A stretch of 49,471 nucleotides of DNA from Candidatus Sumerlaeia bacterium (GTDB taxonomy: Bacteria > Sumerlaeota > Sumerlaeia > SLMS01 > JAHLLQ01), in NCBI GenBank assembly GCA_033761985.1, contig JANRMB010000084.1:1-49471 (forward strand), given 5' to 3'. Below the pieces are notes generated by a model, which saw only the letters and a program-made list of their open reading frames with translations, was not told the origin of the DNA and did no database searches. Shown here one piece after another: positions 9,102 through 16,645 of this stretch; the first letter of the stretch is position 1; each line of letters starts with the position of its first letter. The position numbers and the translations under genes are program-made.

Positions 9102-10580
9102 TTACTCCGATTTTTGTGTGTCGAAGTATTGCTGAAGAATCGCTGCATCCTTCGCGCTCATCGCCAAATTCGGGTTCTCCTTCAAAATGTTTTCAATCTT
9201 CATCGCCATCACGGGCGCTTCAGACTGCATGGCATCCATGGCAGGAAGTTGAGGAGCGGTCCAGGTGGGTGTTAGAAAGACAAACACGTCTGTTTCCCGG
9301 ATAATCCGAGACTCATTGGCGAAGAGGTATTTCAACACCGGGATATCCTTCAATACAGGGAAGCCTTTGTCTTCCACCGTGTTGAAGCTGCGGCGGATGC
9401 CCCCCAGTTTGTACGTTTGTCCCTGTTCCAATGTAAGCTCTGCCTGTACATCCTGATCGGAGTAAATGGGGAGCCCCACCTTATCGATTCCCACCGGGCT
9501 GCTGAGGGAGAAAGCCACGTTCATCCGGGCCCCCTCCATGGCGATCACCGGCGCCACAGCCAAGGCAAAACCTTCACCACGTACTTCACCCGCTTTGCGC
9601 ACCAGAATCGCCCGCCCCAAGTCACGGTTCACGGTATACTCGAAAGTAGGTACTTCAATCCCCGAGGCTACTGTCCCCACTGTCCCCGTCGTCACCGTGA
9701 GATTGGTTTCCGCCATCGTCTTGGCTTTCCCCTGATCGATGAGGTAATTCAGGAACTTCGCAACGGCCGCCGCGTTCACCGTTAGGAAGCCATCAAAACT
9801 CCGGGATTGGGAGTTGAAGGTGCCGCCGGTGGTGGGCTTGCTGTTCTCCGTACTCAAGTCTACCCGGGCATCACCTGCCACAGCGGTCTTCCAGAAGTCC
9901 CAGTCCAACCCCAAGCTCGTTTGGTCAATTTCCGTCAGTTCAATCACTTCCACCCCAAGGTCAATCTGAGGAGAGGGAATATCAAAAAATTCAATGTGCG
10001 CCAAAACCCGACCAAAGTCACTCGGTGAATCCTGAATGTAGATCGTATTGGTGGAGTTATCCCCCTGAATTCGCCCGTCGGGAGAAAGGGCAGTGGCGCG
10101 AATGAAATCCGCAACCTCCGACGCACTCCGGTACTTGGTGCGGTAACTGAACACAACGAATCCCGTCATGGAACGGAAGTTGGGAACGTCGTAAGCCTTG
10201 ATCGCTGCATCAATGCTCTCCAACTGAAACTCGGGGACGTTCACCTGAATCCAAGATTTGAACCTACCATCCGGCTGGGGATTGTAGGCCGTGTTTACAT
10301 TTCCTTTTTCCAGAGCTGCAATCGTGCGCATGTAGGGGAGCAGTTCATAAGGGTTTGCGTATTGCAGATGGTACACCTTCGTCACGTAGCGGTTCATCTC
10401 CAGCTTATCACCGGAACGCAAAATCCGGAAGTCATCGGTGCCGGCAACAACATCGCGGTTCAGATTCACGTTTTCATCCTGGCGATTGTCCGCCACGGCG
10501 GGTTGTTGCTGGGCATACGTCATTCCCTGAACAAGGGTGGCGAGTACCGCCGCAGCAAGAGTGTAAAACTTAAAATTCAT
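9102..10580 (-). CDS. Short secretin-family outer-membrane channel (GspD/PilQ-like)
   Basis: Signal peptide MNFKFYTLAAAVLATLVQGMTYA. Two Secretin_N-like modules. Secretin core IDLGVEVIELTEIDQTSLGLDW. C-terminal signature GFPVLKDIPVLKYLFANESRIIRETDVFVFLTP. At 492 aa it is short for a secretin. Confidence 0.85.
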   Translation of the reverse strand: MNFKFYTLAAAVLATLVQGMTYAQQQPAVADNRQDENVNLNRDVVAGTDDFRILRSGDKLEMNRYVTKVYHLQYANPYELLPYMRTIAALEKGNVNTAYNPQPDGRFKSWIQVNVPEFQLESIDAAIKAYDVPNFRSMTGFVVFSYRTKYRSASEVADFIRATALSPDGRIQGDNSTNTIYIQDSPSDFGRVLAHIEFFDIPSPQIDLGVEVIELTEIDQTSLGLDWDFWKTAVAGDARVDLSTENSKPTTGGTFNSQSRSFDGFLTVNAAAVAKFLNYLIDQGKAKTMAETNLTVTTGTVGTVASGIEVPTFEYTVNRDLGRAILVRKAGEVRGEGFALAVAPVIAMEGARMNVAFSLSSPVGIDKVGLPIYSDQDVQAELTLEQGQTYKLGGIRRSFNTVEDKGFPVLKDIPVLKYLFANESRIIRETDVFVFLTPTWTAPQLPAMDAMQSEAPVMAMKIENILKENPNLAMSAKDAAILQQYFDTQKSE

Positions 10581-10879
10581 GAGGGGCTCTCCTCAACGGG
10601 AAGTGATGGTAAAACTCTCATCTGCAAGGCTTGCTTGTAGGGCGTGTTCCCCCGACTGCTTTTCCAGAGCAAAAGCGAGAGGAGCATCGGCCTGAAGGGC
10701 ACGTAACGGAGATGTCGTTTCTGAACAGAGCGTTTATTGACGGATAAACTGGATGTCAATGTCTATTTATACAAAAGAGATAATCCTTGTCGTGATTATA
10801 GGTATCCATTCATTCCATCACCAGCGCATACTTCTTGCACCATCGCTCCTATCAAACTCTCTCTTCGGCACCCCTCCTC

Positions 10880-11140
10880 ATGGCTTCACCCCTTCCCGAC
10901 CCCGCAGATCTTTCCCGCATCATCGAAATGGCCTGGGAGGATCGCACCCCGTTCGAGGCGATTGAGCGGCTCTATGGTCTTCGGGAGCCGCAGGTCATTG
11001 CCCTGATGCGGCGCCGCTTGAAGCCCCGGAGTTTTGCTCTTTGGCGCGAGCGGGTGAGTGGTCGTAAAACGAAACACGCCAAACTCCGCTCCAGCGACGT
11101 CACCCGCGCCTACTGCCCCACCCAGTACAAACCCCGGTAA
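10880..11140 (+). CDS. DUF2805 / TIGR03643-family small protein
   Basis: DLSRIIEMAWEDRTPFEAIERLYGLREPQVIALMRRRLKPRSFALWRERVSGRKTKH matches the family as I remember it. The ATG at 10880 is preferred over the TTG at 10835. Confidence 0.75.
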   Translation: MASPLPDPADLSRIIEMAWEDRTPFEAIERLYGLREPQVIALMRRRLKPRSFALWRERVSGRKTKHAKLRSSDVTRAYCPTQYKPR

Positions 11141-11269
11141 CTTTACCCTTTTCAGGCTACTTGGCCGCCAAACTTTATTTGGTGCCCACCAAGAAAATCA
11201 TTATTTTGGGGTTGACGAATTCATCACCCGTTTGGATCAGTCGAGGTTATCTTACCGAAAGGGAACATC

Positions 11270-11983
11270 ATGAATAAACAAACCACCACCTCGCGAAAGC
11301 CTTCGGGCTTCACACTTATCGAACTGCTGATCGTTGTTGCGATCATAGCCATCCTCGCCGCCATCGCCGTACCGAACTTCCTGGAAGCTCAAACACGGTC
11401 AAAAATCTCCCGCGCCCGCGCCGACATGCGGACTGTTGCCACCGCGCTTGAAGCGTACCATGTCGATAATAATAAATATCCAACAACCCCTCCAAACATT
11501 AGCTGCCCAACAACTCAACCTCTTGTTGATGATTGCGATGGATTTACACCTTCGTTGTTCCGCCAATTTGGCACGCTAACCGTTCCAGATTTGATCACCA
11601 CACCTATTGCTTACATCACCTCGCAAATCCCTGATGTTTTCAAAGTCGGTAAGTCCGTTGATGCAGGTCCTCAACTTGGAAAACCATGGTCTGCGGGTAA
11701 TGATCGTGACCGAGCTTTTTTGTATCTCAATTTAGTCCAAGCTGATCTCTCATTTGGATTTTTCGAATCACAACAGGGCCTTGAAGATGGTAGAAATTCT
11801 TTTGGTGGTTGGCAGATGAGAAGTCTTGGGCCATCATCTTCTTATTCAGGGGGTTCAACGTTTAGTTACATCAGCATAAATGCTGTCTACGATCCAACAA
11901 ACGGCACCGTTTCCCTTGGTCATATTATCCGTAACCAAAAAGACGCAGAAGGCACAAATCAAACAGACACACAAACTGACTAA
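11270..11983 (+). CDS. Prepilin-type N-terminal cleavage/methylation domain protein (type IV pilin / pseudopilin-like)
   Basis: Class III signal and N-terminal helix: SGFTLIELLIVVAIIAILAAIAVPNFLEAQTRSKISRARADMRTVATALEAY. The C-terminal motif YDPTNGTVSLGHIIR is shared with the paralog at 16646-17203. Composition drops after about nt 11460. Confidence 0.9.
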   Translation: MNKQTTTSRKPSGFTLIELLIVVAIIAILAAIAVPNFLEAQTRSKISRARADMRTVATALEAYHVDNNKYPTTPPNISCPTTQPLVDDCDGFTPSLFRQFGTLTVPDLITTPIAYITSQIPDVFKVGKSVDAGPQLGKPWSAGNDRDRAFLYLNLVQADLSFGFFESQQGLEDGRNSFGGWQMRSLGPSSSYSGGSTFSYISINAVYDPTNGTVSLGHIIRNQKDAEGTNQTDTQTD

Positions 11984-11984
11984 G

Positions 11985-12016
11985 TGAGTTGGCCCAATGA
12001 AATACGGGCCAACTCA
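11985..12016. terminator. Hairpin between convergent genes (possible bidirectional terminator)
   Basis: TGAGTTGGCCC (11985-11995) pairs perfectly with GGGCCAACTCA (12006-12016) across a 10-nt loop. Flanking T/A runs are weak on both strands. Confidence 0.5.
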
Positions 12017-12047
12017 TTACATTTCGAAATATGATAATTTACATTTA

Positions 12048-13271
12048 TCATTCTACCTGAAGAACGACATCGGGACTGTTGAGCGTTAACTGCGATGAAC
12101 TTTGTAAGAATGTAATTTTTCCTGCTTCATATTCAGGGTGAGTTTGAAGAAAATTTGTTGATGTAACCCTTTGTTTTATGAAATTGTAAGTATTGCGACC
12201 CGCTTCTGCGCCCTTCAGTACTATTATGCCATTGTTTTCTGGGAATCTTTTCTCAATATATGAATAGTAGATATGGCCATTGTGGTAACTCATATCTATA
12301 TCTTCATATCTCCAAGCGCCATTCAATGCGTTAGTATTAGAAATTGATTGAGCTGCCGACCAATTCCCGGTAAGGCTTCCTTTACTGTGATAAACGATAG
12401 ATTCATTGTTTGGAGTTATGTACATATAAACATATTGGCCATTTCTTCCTGCATTAGGATCGAAGACTACGCCTGGACGTTCTTTAGGTGTTGGATTAGT
12501 GCTAGAATAACCAATCTCCATAAAGTTGTTAGTTGAGTTTATTGAGCCAACGGGTAGTTGTGTATAATAGCAATTATAGAAAACATTGGTAGCGATAAGC
12601 CAATTGCTGTTGCCAGAATTCAAAGCGGAATCATTGCTAATGAACATTGTATCTGGACGTTCAGATGGTATGGATGTATGATTGATTGTATGGATATTTT
12701 TTGAAATCCAAGTGGTAGTACCAATAGCTTTCTCTGCTATGATATAAGATGTTCTGTAGTTATTAGTACCTTGTTGCAGGAGTTCTTCAGTAATCCATGT
12801 CGTGGCGATATAGTAATTCCCATTTACTTTGGCAATTGACATTCTAGGTGTTGATGTTGCGGCATTTCCCAAGTAATGAGGTTGTGACCATGTTGTACCC
12901 GCATTTGAACTCTCAATAAAATATAGGCCATCAATTTGTGTTCCATTTATAGAAATTGATGAATTGAATACACAATATATTACACCATTATGAGATATCA
13001 TATCTCTCATTCCAAAGGTTGACTCACCAGTTGGTAAGGTAATTCTTTTATGTATTCCGCTATTCGAATCATACAAATAGGTGTAGAACGTTGTTGTGCC
13101 AGTACCAGGTATATAACTATATAATAAATAATGTTTATTGCTTGTTGAATCGTAAGCTATTACAGGTTCAGATGCTTTTAATTCGGGGTCAGTTATTACG
13201 TTTGGAGGATCGGGCGTGAATGAGATTGCTATACTAGGAATAAGAATTAGTAACAGAGTTTTTTTCATCAT
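12048..13271 (-). CDS. Secreted hypothetical protein, BNR/Asp-box-like beta-propeller (sialidase-fold candidate), low G+C
   Basis: 407-aa ORF with signal peptide MMKKTLLLILIPSIAISF. Asp-box-like SSNAGTTWSQP and IGTTTWIS. Rich in S/T/N/Y. G+C is clearly below the flanks (60-nt spot counts of 32-45 %). Function is speculative. Confidence 0.7.
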   Translation of the reverse strand: MMKKTLLLILIPSIAISFTPDPPNVITDPELKASEPVIAYDSTSNKHYLLYSYIPGTGTTTFYTYLYDSNSGIHKRITLPTGESTFGMRDMISHNGVIYCVFNSSISINGTQIDGLYFIESSNAGTTWSQPHYLGNAATSTPRMSIAKVNGNYYIATTWITEELLQQGTNNYRTSYIIAEKAIGTTTWISKNIHTINHTSIPSERPDTMFISNDSALNSGNSNWLIATNVFYNCYYTQLPVGSINSTNNFMEIGYSSTNPTPKERPGVVFDPNAGRNGQYVYMYITPNNESIVYHSKGSLTGNWSAAQSISNTNALNGAWRYEDIDMSYHNGHIYYSYIEKRFPENNGIIVLKGAEAGRNTYNFIKQRVTSTNFLQTHPEYEAGKITFLQSSSQLTLNSPDVVLQVE

Positions 13272-13464
13272 AGTTCTCCTTTATGGTTTTATTTACGTAT
13301 CAAAAAGTTTTTTTATTTGTCAAGCCTTTTGTTTTTGGTAAAAAATCATCGTTCCCCACCACAATTCATTGCGTACCCTTGGCCCTTTTGGTTAGATTCC
13401 CTTTCGTGTGGTGCCAGCGGCCCATACCGTATTTTGTTCCCCTTCTGAAGGAGTACCCCCGGCC

Positions 13465-14565
13465 ATGATGGATATGAATGAGATGCTCAAGATCATGGTG
13501 CAGCGCAACGGTGCCGACTTGCACCTGCGCGTGGGCAAAACACCCGTCATGCGCCTGGGGGGCGGTCTTGCCCCCGTTGATCCCGACGTTCTCACCCCCG
13601 AGGACACCGAGCGCCTCATGCGGGAAATTACTCCCCCCCGTTACCAGCAAATGCTGCAGGAACACGGCAGCGCCGACTTCGCCTACTCCTACTCCGAACA
13701 AGCCCGCTTCCGGGTGAACGTCATGAAAGCCCGCGGTGTTGTCGGCATTGTAATGCGTCTGATCCCCAGCAAGCTTCTCCCCTTCGATGTTCTCGGCCTT
13801 CCCAAGGCCAGTATTGTGGAACTCCTTCACGCCCACCGCGGCATGTGCGTCATCACCGGCCCCACGGGTTCCGGAAAAACCACCACGCTTGCCACGATGA
13901 TTGACTATATTAACGAGAACCGTGACGCCCACATCATCACCATCGAAGACCCCATCGAATACACCCACCCGCACAAGAAATCCATCGTCACCCAGCGCGA
14001 GGTGCACGTCGATACGCCCTCCTTCTCCTACGCATTGCGGGGCGCCCTTCGTCAGGACCCGGATGTGATCCTCGTGGGGGAGATGCGCGACCTTGAAACC
14101 ATGGAAGCCGCCCTTACCGCCGCGGAAACCGGTCACTTGGTTTTCGGAACTCTCCACACCATCTCCGCCGCCGCCACCATCGACCGTATTATCGACGCTT
14201 TCCCCCACAGCCAGCAGGAGCAAATCCGCTCGGTTCTCGCCGTGGCGCTTAAGACCATCATTGCCCAAACGCTTCTTCCCCGTTTGGAAGGCAAGGGCCG
14301 CGTCGCCGCCTACGAGATACTTCACTGTATTCCCGCCGTGCAGAACTTGATCCGCGAAGGGAAAACCAACCGCATTATCTCCACTATCCAGACCTCCATG
14401 AAGCACGGGATGGTCTCCATGGACGACTACCTCTTCAACCTCTACAAAGCGAAGAAGGTTGATGGCGAAGTAGTGCTGGAACGCGCTCACTATCCCGATG
14501 AATTACGTGTCAAGATGCTTGGCTTGGCGAAGGATGAACCGGAAGAGGAAGAACCCGCCATCTAA
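13465..14565 (+). CDS. pilT: Type IV pilus retraction ATPase PilT
   Basis: Walker A GPTGSGKTTTLA. Asp box/Walker B DPDVILVGEMRD. His box TGHLVFGTLHT. PilT signature AIRNLIREGK-like (AVQNLIREGKT). The ATG at 13465, preceded by GAAGGAG, is preferred over the ORF-track start at 13408. Confidence 0.93.
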   Translation: MMDMNEMLKIMVQRNGADLHLRVGKTPVMRLGGGLAPVDPDVLTPEDTERLMREITPPRYQQMLQEHGSADFAYSYSEQARFRVNVMKARGVVGIVMRLIPSKLLPFDVLGLPKASIVELLHAHRGMCVITGPTGSGKTTTLATMIDYINENRDAHIITIEDPIEYTHPHKKSIVTQREVHVDTPSFSYALRGALRQDPDVILVGEMRDLETMEAALTAAETGHLVFGTLHTISAAATIDRIIDAFPHSQQEQIRSVLAVALKTIIAQTLLPRLEGKGRVAAYEILHCIPAVQNLIREGKTNRIISTIQTSMKHGMVSMDDYLFNLYKAKKVDGEVVLERAHYPDELRVKMLGLAKDEPEEEEPAI

Positions 14566-14690
14566 GGAATCGGGCGGGGGAGGGGGAATCTCTGTGTTGG
14601 GCATCGGTCTCATCCCTTCGTCACGTACTTCAGTACGCTCCTGGGGCTTCGCCTTGCCCGCCTTGATCTTCCCCCTCCCCGCCCGATTCC
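14566..14690. repeat. G-rich 22/23-nt inverted repeat enclosing 80 nt, immediately after the pilT stop
   Basis: Left arm GGAATCGGGCGGGGGAGGGGGAA (14566-14588). Right arm TTCCCCCTCCCCGCCCGATTCC (14669-14690). The arms are complementary except for a single-C indel. The interior contains the small hairpin CGTAC-TTCA-GTACG and a GGGCA/TGCCC pairing. Confidence 0.8.
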
Positions 14691-14835
14691 TTCTCGGAAG
14701 TTTGTGCTCAAATTGATGTCAATAAGGTCAGTAAGGTCAAATTGGCCCCATTGTCCAGATTGACTTTACCTCAATCCCCTATCCTCATCATCCTTGAAAT
14801 CGATGTTAAAATCACTGCTTGGAGTTCAGATGACG

Positions 14836-14860
14836 CCGGGCCGTTGGCCCTCGGTTTTGT
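14836..14860 (+). terminator. Intrinsic-terminator-like hairpin, about 270 nt downstream of pilT
   Basis: CCGGGCC-GTT-GGCCC(T)CGG stem with a 1-nt bulge, followed directly by TTTTGTTG on the + strand. Confidence 0.5.
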
Positions 14861-14871
14861 TGCATGGTTGG

Positions 14872-14902
14872 TATACCTAGGCCGTTGGCCTAGGCTGGTA
14901 TA
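14872..14902. repeat. Second GGCCGTTGGCC-core hairpin
   Basis: TATACCTAGGCC-GTT-GGCCTAGG(CT)GGTATA. It shares the 11-nt core GGCCGTTGGCC with the hairpin at 14836-14854. Confidence 0.6.
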
Positions 14903-15010
14903 AGGCCGCACCCTTGGCGCTGGATTTTCTCGATACCCTCCTAATCACCTTTGGACCCGGTTCACGCAGTCGCCCCATTTATCTTTGTGATGTGAACGAC
15001 CGAGAACACC

Positions 15011-15046
15011 ATCCTGTTTATCCTTTTCATCCTGCTCATCCTTGTG
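15011..15046. repeat. Four tandem 9-nt units ATCCT-NNNN (minus-strand reading AGGAT[G/A])
   Basis: ATCCTGTTT / ATCCTTTTC / ATCCTGCTC / ATCCTTGTG start at 15011, 15020, 15029 and 15038. A further ATCCC lies at 15055. A related cluster lies at 14774, 14781 and 14790. Confidence 0.8.
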
Positions 15047-15104
15047 AATTCCCCATCCCTGCTATCGATGATAAGAAATCAGTTTTGTGTTTTTGTGGCC
15101 CTGC

Positions 15105-15608
15105 TCACTCCTCCCGGATCATCCGGATCGGTCGTTGATCCATCTCCTCGATTTCCTTCAACAGTAACTCCCGCTGTTCCGGAGTGAGAATCGTTGCAAA
15201 GTTGCTCATATGGCCGAGCATTCTTCCTGCAATCCCCCTCGGCACATGTTCGTTTTCCTGCAGTAGGCGCTCCACCAATTCCAAATCTCCGGGTGATTCC
15301 ACAATCTGCCGGATCGTGCGCAGGCGCATTTGCCGAAGTTCCTCAAAATCACTCTCTGTATTCTCACGAATCACCGCCACCATTTCAGTGAGCTTCTCGC
15401 GTTGATCTTCATTGAGGTTAAGCTTGTTGGAAATCAAATCCACATCGGGGGCCATGGGGGGCATGCCGGGGGGTGGAACCATGGGGAAAATCAGATGATT
15501 CTTGGGACTGAAGAGCAACCAGCCCAGCACCAGACACACGCAGAGCAATCCCACGTTCAATCCGGCGGAAAGCCACAACAGTCCGTTTCGTTTGTACCAA
15601 AGTTTCAT
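15105..15608 (-). CDS. CpxP/Spy-like periplasmic protein (LTXXQ-motif, 'periplasmic heavy metal sensor' family), membrane-anchored
   Basis: N-terminal TM LLWLSAGLNVGLLCVCLVLGWLLF. Motifs LNLNEDQREKL and LTPEQRELL. The start overlaps the stop of the upstream anti-sigma gene by 4 nt. Confidence 0.75.
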   Translation of the reverse strand: MKLWYKRNGLLWLSAGLNVGLLCVCLVLGWLLFSPKNHLIFPMVPPPGMPPMAPDVDLISNKLNLNEDQREKLTEMVAVIRENTESDFEELRQMRLRTIRQIVESPGDLELVERLLQENEHVPRGIAGRMLGHMSNFATILTPEQRELLLKEIEEMDQRPIRMIREE

Positions 15609-15997
15609 GGCTTCACCTCCTGTGGGGAAGATTCCTGCGGTTGAATCAACTCGCGCGTTGCCGTTTCCAAGGGATCGTACTCCAGCGCCGGAAGAAAAAC
15701 CGAACCCGTCAGAGTGCCGCTCAGGGTTGAATCTGTCGGTGAGCCGATTCCTTGGGGAAGCAGCAACAGCATCGCCACCAGAAAACAGGTGATCCCCAAG
15801 ACAAAACCCCCCAACCCGTAGGCGAAGCGGAGAGCCAACGGTTCCATGGGGTCGCTGAGTGCCAACACTTCACCGCTGCTTTGATGCTGCCGAACCACGG
15901 CAACGCTGGCCATTACCCGCGCCCGGAAGGCACTTCCTTCCGGGGCTTGGGGGAGTTCCGCCAATCCCTTTTCTATGCGTTCGTCCAGTTCATTCAT
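15605..15997 (-). CDS. Putative membrane-bound anti-sigma factor
   Basis: 130 aa with a single TM (LGGFVLGITCFLVAMLLLL). It has 4-nt overlaps with the ECF sigma gene upstream and the LTXXQ gene downstream. The call rests on position and topology, with no diagnostic motif. Confidence 0.55.
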   Translation of the reverse strand: MNELDERIEKGLAELPQAPEGSAFRARVMASVAVVRQHQSSGEVLALSDPMEPLALRFAYGLGGFVLGITCFLVAMLLLLPQGIGSPTDSTLSGTLTGSVFLPALEYDPLETATRELIQPQESSPQEVKP

Positions 15998-16635
15998 GAT
16001 TCCACCTCAGCACGTTGTTTCAAGGTTTGACGCCCGCGGGAGAGCAACGACTCCACGGCTTTTTCAGTCAATTCCAACGCTCCAGCGATTTCCTTCATGC
16101 TTTGCTCCTCCTGATAAAAGAGCATCAACACCATGCGTTGGCGGGCTGGTAGCTCGGCAATCCAACGACTCATCAAATCCCGCGTCTGAGATTGATGCAA
16201 CCGCTCCACCAAACCGGGGGAGTCATCGGGTACTTCCCGGGTGTCATCCCACTGGTCGGGGCGTTTTTTCCTTAAAACATTCATCGCTTGGTTGGAAAGA
16301 AGCGTCGCCAACCAGGAGCGCAGCGGCCGCTCGGGTTTCCACCGGGAGGCATGCGTCCACAACTTGAGAAACACTTCCTGAGCCACGTCCTCGGCTTCGT
16401 CGAGATTTCCCAGAATGCGAAAAGCAAACGTGCGCGCCCACTGTTCATGTTCTAGAAGAAGGATTTCAAAGGCGTCGGCGTCACCGCGTCCCACACGGGC
16501 CATCAACTCAGCCTCGCGACCCATTGGCGCCGAAGTACCTTGATAGGATCGGGTTTTTGGTGAGCTCGACCAAAAACCCTGAACCTGTTCGGTCCATCCC
16601 TGAAACAATCGATTTCGGTTTACGAATTCTCTCAT
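15994..16635 (-). CDS. ECF-type RNA polymerase sigma-70 family factor
   Basis: Region 2: DADAFEILLLEHEQWARTFAFRILGNLDEAEDVAQEVFLKLW. Region 4: LPARQRMVLMLFYQEEQSMKEIAGALELTEKAVESLLSRGRQTLK. The start is ambiguous: GTG 16665, ATG 16635 (chosen) or ATG 16524 (MGREAELMARV, classic ECF N-terminus). Confidence 0.88.
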   Translation of the reverse strand: MREFVNRNRLFQGWTEQVQGFWSSSPKTRSYQGTSAPMGREAELMARVGRGDADAFEILLLEHEQWARTFAFRILGNLDEAEDVAQEVFLKLWTHASRWKPERPLRSWLATLLSNQAMNVLRKKRPDQWDDTREVPDDSPGLVERLHQSQTRDLMSRWIAELPARQRMVLMLFYQEEQSMKEIAGALELTEKAVESLLSRGRQTLKQRAEVES

Positions 16636-16645
16636 GGGCTCGGGT

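Noticed and set aside
13366-14490. 374-aa ORF on the minus strand opposite pilT
   Set aside because: It is fully antisense to a gene with unmistakable PilT motifs. Its Gly/Val/His-rich low-complexity translation is typical of shadow ORFs in G+C-rich coding DNA.
14566-15104. Possibility that the spacer encodes a known housekeeping RNA (tmRNA, SRP/4.5S, RNase P, 6S) or a tRNA
   Set aside because: I found none of the conserved signatures: the tRNA T-loop GGTTCGAATCC, the SRP GGAAGCAGCC helix-8 motif, the RNase P GGAAAGTCCGGGC motif, or a tmRNA tag reading frame with a tRNA-like end. A 6S-like fold cannot be excluded by eye, but the length and structure do not obviously fit.
14914-15138. 74-aa ORF inside the 540-bp spacer, running into the LTXXQ gene end
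   Set aside because: It has a non-ATG start and no RBS, it overlaps the convergent gene, and its sequence is produced by the ATCCT repeat array. The region is better explained as non-coding.
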